DNA of 62,797 bases from Bacteroidota bacterium. Its GTDB lineage: Bacteria > Bacteroidota > Ignavibacteria > UBA10030. Below, in pieces: positions 58,497-62,797 of the stretch. The notes beneath the pieces were generated by a model. The model saw nothing but the letters and a program-made list of their open reading frames with translations. It made no database searches and was not told the DNA's origin. Each line of letters begins with the position of its first letter. The stretch's first letter is position 1. Both the position numbers and the translations under genes were made by a program. The stretch spans positions 1-62,797 of the forward strand of contig JAFGLB010000013.1 of the NCBI GenBank assembly GCA_016928255.1. Direction: 5' to 3'.

Positions 58497-59144
58497 GTGA
58501 AAGGGACTGAAAAAGCATTGCTCATAGATACAGGAGCCAGATTTAAGAATCTCGATACAGTTATCAGCGGTATCACCAAAAAACCTCTTATGGTAGTAAT
58601 CACGCATGCGCATGGCGATCATGCCGGGAATATAGATTTTTTTGATGAGATATGGATGCATCCTGCCGACACTATTATATTGCCAAGTTACGAAGGCAAG
58701 GTTAATTTTGTAAAAGACGGAGATATTTTTGATCTGGGAGGGACAAAAATCGAAGTAAGCCATATGCCCGGCCATACTCCGGGTTCCATAGTTCTTCTCG
58801 ATAGAAAAACAGGCAACTGCTATTCCGGTGATGCTTTCGGCGCGAATCATGTGTGGCTGCAGCTTAAGCCGCTTTCGCCGATGCAGACATATGTAAATTC
58901 ATGCATTAAAATGGAAAAGCTTATGGACAGCGGAATTACAAAAGTCTATTGCGGTCATTATGTTTACGCAAAAAAGCCTTATGATAAATCTTACATAACA
59001 ACAATGCGTCAGCTGGCCGAAGGTCTTATCAACGGTACTGCTCCGGAAGCCCAGCCTTATTCCAATAAATCGGGCTGTTCTAATCCTATGTCGGTAACAA
59101 GCGGTCCCGCCACAATTGTTTTTGATCCGGACAATCTGAAATAA
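58497..59144 (+). CDS. Metallo-beta-lactamase-fold hydrolase (start uncertain; possibly 5'-truncated)
   Basis: The motif HAHGDH is present, along with later His/Asp ligands (MPGHTPGS, GDAF, CGH). The only in-frame start after the TGA at 58425 is the GTG at 58497. Homology-like sequence (IEQTADTLYIV) continues upstream of that GTG. Confidence 0.7.
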   Translation: MKGTEKALLIDTGARFKNLDTVISGITKKPLMVVITHAHGDHAGNIDFFDEIWMHPADTIILPSYEGKVNFVKDGDIFDLGGTKIEVSHMPGHTPGSIVLLDRKTGNCYSGDAFGANHVWLQLKPLSPMQTYVNSCIKMEKLMDSGITKVYCGHYVYAKKPYDKSYITTMRQLAEGLINGTAPEAQPYSNKSGCSNPMSVTSGPATIVFDPDNLK

Positions 59145-59178
59145 GAGACGGATTAATAAATAAAGAATAAATGTTTTT

Positions 59179-59390
59179 GTAGCCGTGATCGTTGATCACG
59201 GCCGTCAGAAGGCCGATGTCAACGACATCGGCTACAGAGTTGATCATGGCTTGCGAGAATCCGACGTCAACGGCGACGGCTACAGAGAATTTGTAAATTT
59301 ACAATTTTCAATTTTCAATTTACCATTTGAAATTTGCCATTCTCAGGACGCCGGTCTCGGCTGCAGAGCAACATCGGCTGCAGATGTACA
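59179..59390. repeat. REP-like cluster of short palindromes and direct repeats in an intergenic region
   Basis: Hairpins are gccgtgatc-gtt-gatcacggc (59182-59202) and gccgatgtc-aac-gacatcggc (59212-59232). The tag GGCT(A/G)CAGAG recurs four times. The palindrome ttgtaaatttacaa, the tandem (caatttt)n repeat and the direct repeat aatttaccatt/aaatttgccatt are also present. Confidence 0.6.
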
Positions 59391-59553
59391 AAAAGGATTA
59401 ATTACTTTATCATCCTTTTGGGCGATTCCCGTTAGCGTAAATCATTTGTATCCTGATACAAATTCTGAGGGAGAAATCAACCATTTCACTCCGGAAGAGG
59501 AAGAATTATATATATGTAAAGTATAATAATTCTAACGTTAAGAAAGATAATTT

Positions 59554-59865
59554 GTGAACTGGGATCGCTTAGAAGGACAATGGAAGCAGAGGAGGGGAAA
59601 AGCCGTCTATCATTGGGGAAGAATGATGAATGACGAACTTTCGGCAATTTTGGGCAGGTATGAAGAGCTTGTTGGAAAGCTTCAGGAGAAATACGGAATA
59701 GCCAAAGATGAAGCAAATCATAATGTAGATGAATACAAAATTATTGTTAATAAGCTTAAAGATGCCAACGGCGAGTTAATAAGGTTGCATAGAACTTTAA
59801 ATAAAAAGAATAAATCTGCCAAGAGAAAAACGAAATTAGATGCATCGTCAAGGAAAAGAAAATGA
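59554..59865 (+). CDS. csbD: CsbD-family general stress protein with a Lys-rich C-terminal extension
   Basis: It has a GTG start. The CsbD signature is LEGQWKQRRGKAVYHWGRMMNDELSAILGRYEELVGKLQEKYGIAKDEA. Confidence 0.7.
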   Translation: MNWDRLEGQWKQRRGKAVYHWGRMMNDELSAILGRYEELVGKLQEKYGIAKDEANHNVDEYKIIVNKLKDANGELIRLHRTLNKKNKSAKRKTKLDASSRKRK

Positions 59866-59903
59866 TGCAGGGATGAGCTGAATCAGCGAGGAACACTTCT
59901 TTA

Positions 59904-62201
59904 ATGACAGATAATACAGTTGGATCAAAAATTAATCGTATTGCATTTATTGGCAATTACCTGCCGCGCCAGTGCGGAATTGCCACTTTTACTACTGATT
60001 TATGCGAGGCTGTTGCTTCGGTATATATAGAAACTACATGTATTGCCCTGCCGGTAAACGATATTGAAGCTGGTTATGAATATCCTTCTCGGGTTCGCTT
60101 TGAGCTGACGGAGAAAGACATCCATTCGTACACACGTGCAGCAGATTTTCTAAATATCAACAATGTCGATCTTGTATGCCTGCAATTCGAATATGGAATA
60201 TTCGGTGGGAAATCGGGCAGCCACATTCTGACGCTGTTGCGTGATCTGCGAATGCCGATAGTCACAACACTGCACACCATACTCAACTCCCCAACTCCTG
60301 ACCAGCGATTGGTACTGGAAGAAGTTGCCGCTCTCTCAGACAGGCTGGTTGTCATGAGCGAACGCGGATCTGAATATTTGCAAAAAATTTATCATGTTCT
60401 GCCGGGAAAGATCGATCTAATTCCGCACGGCATTCCCGATGTGGCGTTTGTTGATCCGAGTTTCAATAAAGACCTTTTTGGCGTCGAGGGTAAAACCGTT
60501 TTACTTAGTTTTGGTTTACTCTCAGCGAACAAAGGAATTGAGAATGTTATTTCAGCCCTGCCGGATATTGTTGCCCATTATCCAGACATTGTTTATATAA
60601 TCGTTGGAGCGACACATCCTCAAGTTATTCAGCATGAGGGCGAAACGTACCGGCTCTCTCTTCAAAGGTTAGCTCAACAGAAGGAAATAGAAAGTCATGT
60701 AATCTTTTACAACCGTTTTGTCAGTTTGGAAGAGCTTGTGAAGTTCATCGGAGCCGCTGATATCTATATTACACCCTATCTTAACGAGGCACAGATCGTT
60801 TCTGGAACACTTGCTTATACGGTAGGAGCGGGTAAGGCGGTCATCTCTACACCATATTGGTACGCACAAGAAATGCTTGCCGATAAACGAGGTGTGCTTG
60901 TTCCGTTCCGTGATCCCGCGGCCCTGGCTGAGCAAGTGATAAACTTGCTGGGTAATGAAGCTGAGCGTCACGCAATGCGCAAACGTGCATACATGTTTGG
61001 AAGAGCAATGATTTGGCCTGAAGTGGCGAAACGCTATATGGAAAGTTTTGAACGCGCCCGGACAGAACGTCGTCATTATATACCGCCGGGATTTATTTCG
61101 AGAGCACTTGATAAATATCCGAGTGAATTACCCCCGCTCCAATTGAATCATTTACATGTTATGACAGATGAAACAGGAATTTTGCAGCATGCTCTTTTTA
61201 CTGTACCTAACTATTCTCACGGGTATACAACCGATGACAATGCACGCGCCCTTCTGGTGAGCATGCTCTTAGATGAACTGGGGAACAAGGAGAGTGAAGG
61301 ATTAGCTTCCCGCTATCTCGCTTTCCTTGGATTTGCATTTAACTCTCAGAATAAACGTTTTCGAAATTTCATGAATTATCAACGTACGTGGTCAGAAGAT
61401 GCCGGCTCGGACGATAGTCATGGACGAGCGCTGTTGGCGTTAGGAACCGTGTTGAGTCATTCTGCGACACCGTCGTTCAATAGTATGGCCGGCTGGTTGT
61501 TTGAACAGGCCCTTCCTTCTATCCTTGACACAACGAGCCCGCGTGCCTGGGCATTTGCGCTTATCGGTATTTCCAAGTATTCACAAAAATATTCCGGTGA
61601 TCGGAGGGCTAATCAGGTCAGTGAAGAATTGGCTGGCCGGCTTTTAAGATCATATCAAGACAATCGTTCTGAAGATTGGTGCTGGTTCGAAAAAAAGCTT
61701 ACGTATTGCAATGCGGCCCTGTCTCATGCTCTCCTAATTTGCGGCAGATCAATTCCGAATAGCGCAATGATTAATGCCGGATTGGAGTCGTTACATTGGC
61801 TGTCTGTTTTGCAATGCTCAAGTGAGGGACATTTTGTTCCAATAGGATCAAATGGATTTTATGAATTTGGAAAAGAACATGCCCGCTTTGATCAGCAGCC
61901 GGTCGAAGCACAGACGACGGTTTCGGCTTGTCTCGAAGCATTTAAAATTACAGGAGACAAACGCTGGAACAAAGAAGCACAGCGGGCATTTGAATGGTTC
62001 CTCGGGCGGAACGATTTGAAGCTTCCTTTGTATGATGCAACAACAGGCGGCTGCCGCGACGGTTTGCACCCTGATCGGCCTAACGAAAATCAGGGAGCAG
62101 AGTCTACTCTGGCATTTCTTCAGTCGTTATTGGAATTGCGTTTAGCCGAACAAACACAGTTATCTACGGAGGTATTATTAAAAAGAACAATCAACATTTA
62201 G
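59904..62201 (+). CDS. GT4-family glycosyltransferase fused to a roughly 380-aa C-terminal alpha-helical domain of unknown function
   Basis: 765 aa. The N-terminus is RIAFIGNYLPRQCGIATFTTDL. The GT-B C-terminal motif region is (YITPYLNEAQIVSGTLAYTVGAGKAVISTP). The second half (HVMTDETGILQHA...TTDDNARALL...) looks alpha/alpha-toroid-like. Confidence 0.75.
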   Translation: MTDNTVGSKINRIAFIGNYLPRQCGIATFTTDLCEAVASVYIETTCIALPVNDIEAGYEYPSRVRFELTEKDIHSYTRAADFLNINNVDLVCLQFEYGIFGGKSGSHILTLLRDLRMPIVTTLHTILNSPTPDQRLVLEEVAALSDRLVVMSERGSEYLQKIYHVLPGKIDLIPHGIPDVAFVDPSFNKDLFGVEGKTVLLSFGLLSANKGIENVISALPDIVAHYPDIVYIIVGATHPQVIQHEGETYRLSLQRLAQQKEIESHVIFYNRFVSLEELVKFIGAADIYITPYLNEAQIVSGTLAYTVGAGKAVISTPYWYAQEMLADKRGVLVPFRDPAALAEQVINLLGNEAERHAMRKRAYMFGRAMIWPEVAKRYMESFERARTERRHYIPPGFISRALDKYPSELPPLQLNHLHVMTDETGILQHALFTVPNYSHGYTTDDNARALLVSMLLDELGNKESEGLASRYLAFLGFAFNSQNKRFRNFMNYQRTWSEDAGSDDSHGRALLALGTVLSHSATPSFNSMAGWLFEQALPSILDTTSPRAWAFALIGISKYSQKYSGDRRANQVSEELAGRLLRSYQDNRSEDWCWFEKKLTYCNAALSHALLICGRSIPNSAMINAGLESLHWLSVLQCSSEGHFVPIGSNGFYEFGKEHARFDQQPVEAQTTVSACLEAFKITGDKRWNKEAQRAFEWFLGRNDLKLPLYDATTGGCRDGLHPDRPNENQGAESTLAFLQSLLELRLAEQTQLSTEVLLKRTINI

Positions 62202-62797
62202 AACTTTTTCATCGTCATAACCTTAATCCTATTCTCATATCCGCCGATTGGCCGTATCCAATTAACAGCGTCTTTAATCCCGGCGCAACTTTATTGGCGG
62301 ATGGAACAACCCTCTTATTATGTCGTGCGGAGGATCGGCGCGGGCATTCGCATCTCTGTGCTGCCCGCTCGGCAAACGGTGTGGATGATTGGAAGATTGA
62401 TTCTCACCCAACGTTCATGGCGGATCCTGAACATTTCCCTGAAGAACTCTGGGGTATAGAAGATCCGCGTATTACGTTTGTACCGGAATTAAAAAAATTT
62501 GCAGTCGTGTATACCGCCTACACGCGCGACGGTCCCGGTGTAGCCCTGGCGCTCACGGAAAATTTTAATACCTTCGAGCGTTTTGGATTGATAATGCAGC
62601 CGGATGACAAAGATGCTGCCTTGCTGCCGCATCGAATCGGTGATTATTGGGCCTTGATCCATCGCCCCGTGAGTGCTCAGGGTGCTCACATGTGGATATC
62701 ATATTCGCCCGACCTGCGTCACTGGGGCAGCCACAAACCAATGTTGAAAGCCCGGAAGGGTTCGTGGTGGGATGCAAATAAAATTGGTCTTTCACCT
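62177..62797 (+). CDS. GH130-family glycoside phosphorylase/hydrolase (partial; 3' end outside the window; start codon non-canonical or absent)
   Basis: Frame 2 is open from 62084 to the window end. It encodes LFHRHNLNPILISADWPYPINSVFNPGATLL...GIEDPRITF...DKDAALLP...WWDANKIG, which is GH130-typical. There is no ATG, GTG or TTG before the conserved N-terminus. GGAGG (62168-62172) precedes ATT ATT (62174, 62177). Confidence 0.7.
   Translation, partial: MKKNNQHLELFHRHNLNPILISADWPYPINSVFNPGATLLADGTTLLLCRAEDRRGHSHLCAARSANGVDDWKIDSHPTFMADPEHFPEELWGIEDPRITFVPELKKFAVVYTAYTRDGPGVALALTENFNTFERFGLIMQPDDKDAALLPHRIGDYWALIHRPVSAQGAHMWISYSPDLRHWGSHKPMLKARKGSWWDANKIGLSP

Noticed and set aside
58355-58850. 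Minus-strand ORFs 58355-58603 and 58458-58850
   Set aside because: They are antisense to the MBL-fold gene, which has clear metal-binding motifs. They are shadows.
59185-59526. 113-aa ORF containing a dockerin/EF-hand-looking DVNGDGY and ADVNDIGY
   Set aside because: The apparent motifs are translations of the palindromic GCCGATGTCAACGACATCGGC-type repeats. The rest of the ORF reads through AT-rich tandem repeats. It has no SD and no coherent domain. I treat it as a repeat region rather than a gene.
62178-62186. Classic X XXY YYZ -1 frameshift heptamer at the GT4/GH130 junction
   Set aside because: In the zero frame the sequence is tta aaa aga. This is not a perfect slippery heptamer, because the A-site AGA cannot re-pair well with AAG. 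It is kept only as an alternative hypothesis to ATT initiation or a sequencing indel.

Overview
This 62.8 kb chromosomal window looks like an FCB-group bacterium (Ignavibacteriota/Bacteroidota-like). The lineage call is an inference from a T9SS-type C-terminal sorting domain, a DUF1573 protein, a Reg_prop/Y_Y_Y sensor kinase and XylR-type regulators. No SusC/SusD pair, rRNA, tRNA, CRISPR array or transposase was seen. Most of the window is coding. Modules in order:

- 1-3.8 kb: the 3' end of a hybrid histidine kinase, a SnoaL-like protein and a 14-repeat BNR/Ycf48-like lipoprotein.
- 3.9-27.1 kb: a hemicellulose locus bracketed by two paralogous XylR-like regulators. It holds a GH11 xylanase with 2 CBM modules and a T9SS CTD, then GH97, GH95, an esterase and GH51. 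It is interrupted by an ECF sigma / anti-sigma-VWA pair and a propeller-type hybrid kinase.
- 28.2-38.9 kb: a potassium module. It has an APC permease divergent from a kdp operon in the unusual order kdpC-(micro-ORF)-kdpF-kdpA-kdpB, followed by kdpD and kdpE.
- 39-47.8 kb: an Fe-ADH, an ABM protein, an anaerobic sulfatase-maturase-like radical SAM enzyme, a 7-PAS hybrid kinase and a PD40-like repeat protein.
- About 47.9-58.4 kb: a markedly AT-rich island.
- 58.5-62.8 kb: an MBL hydrolase, a REP-like repeat cluster, csbD, a GT4 fusion protein and a GH130 gene with no canonical start codon.

The most interesting signal is an 8-gene minus-strand operon inside the island (58243 down to 51232). 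It encodes a membrane-anchored TlpA-like thioredoxin and a stand-alone membrane-anchored C39 peptidase. Next comes a 90-aa Gly/Cys-rich precursor that carries both a Sec-type signal and a double-glycine site. These are followed by two polytopic membrane proteins, an ABC ATPase, a Yip1 protein and a Wzy_C/TPR protein. I read this as a candidate undescribed bacteriocin or peptide system matured in the periplasm.
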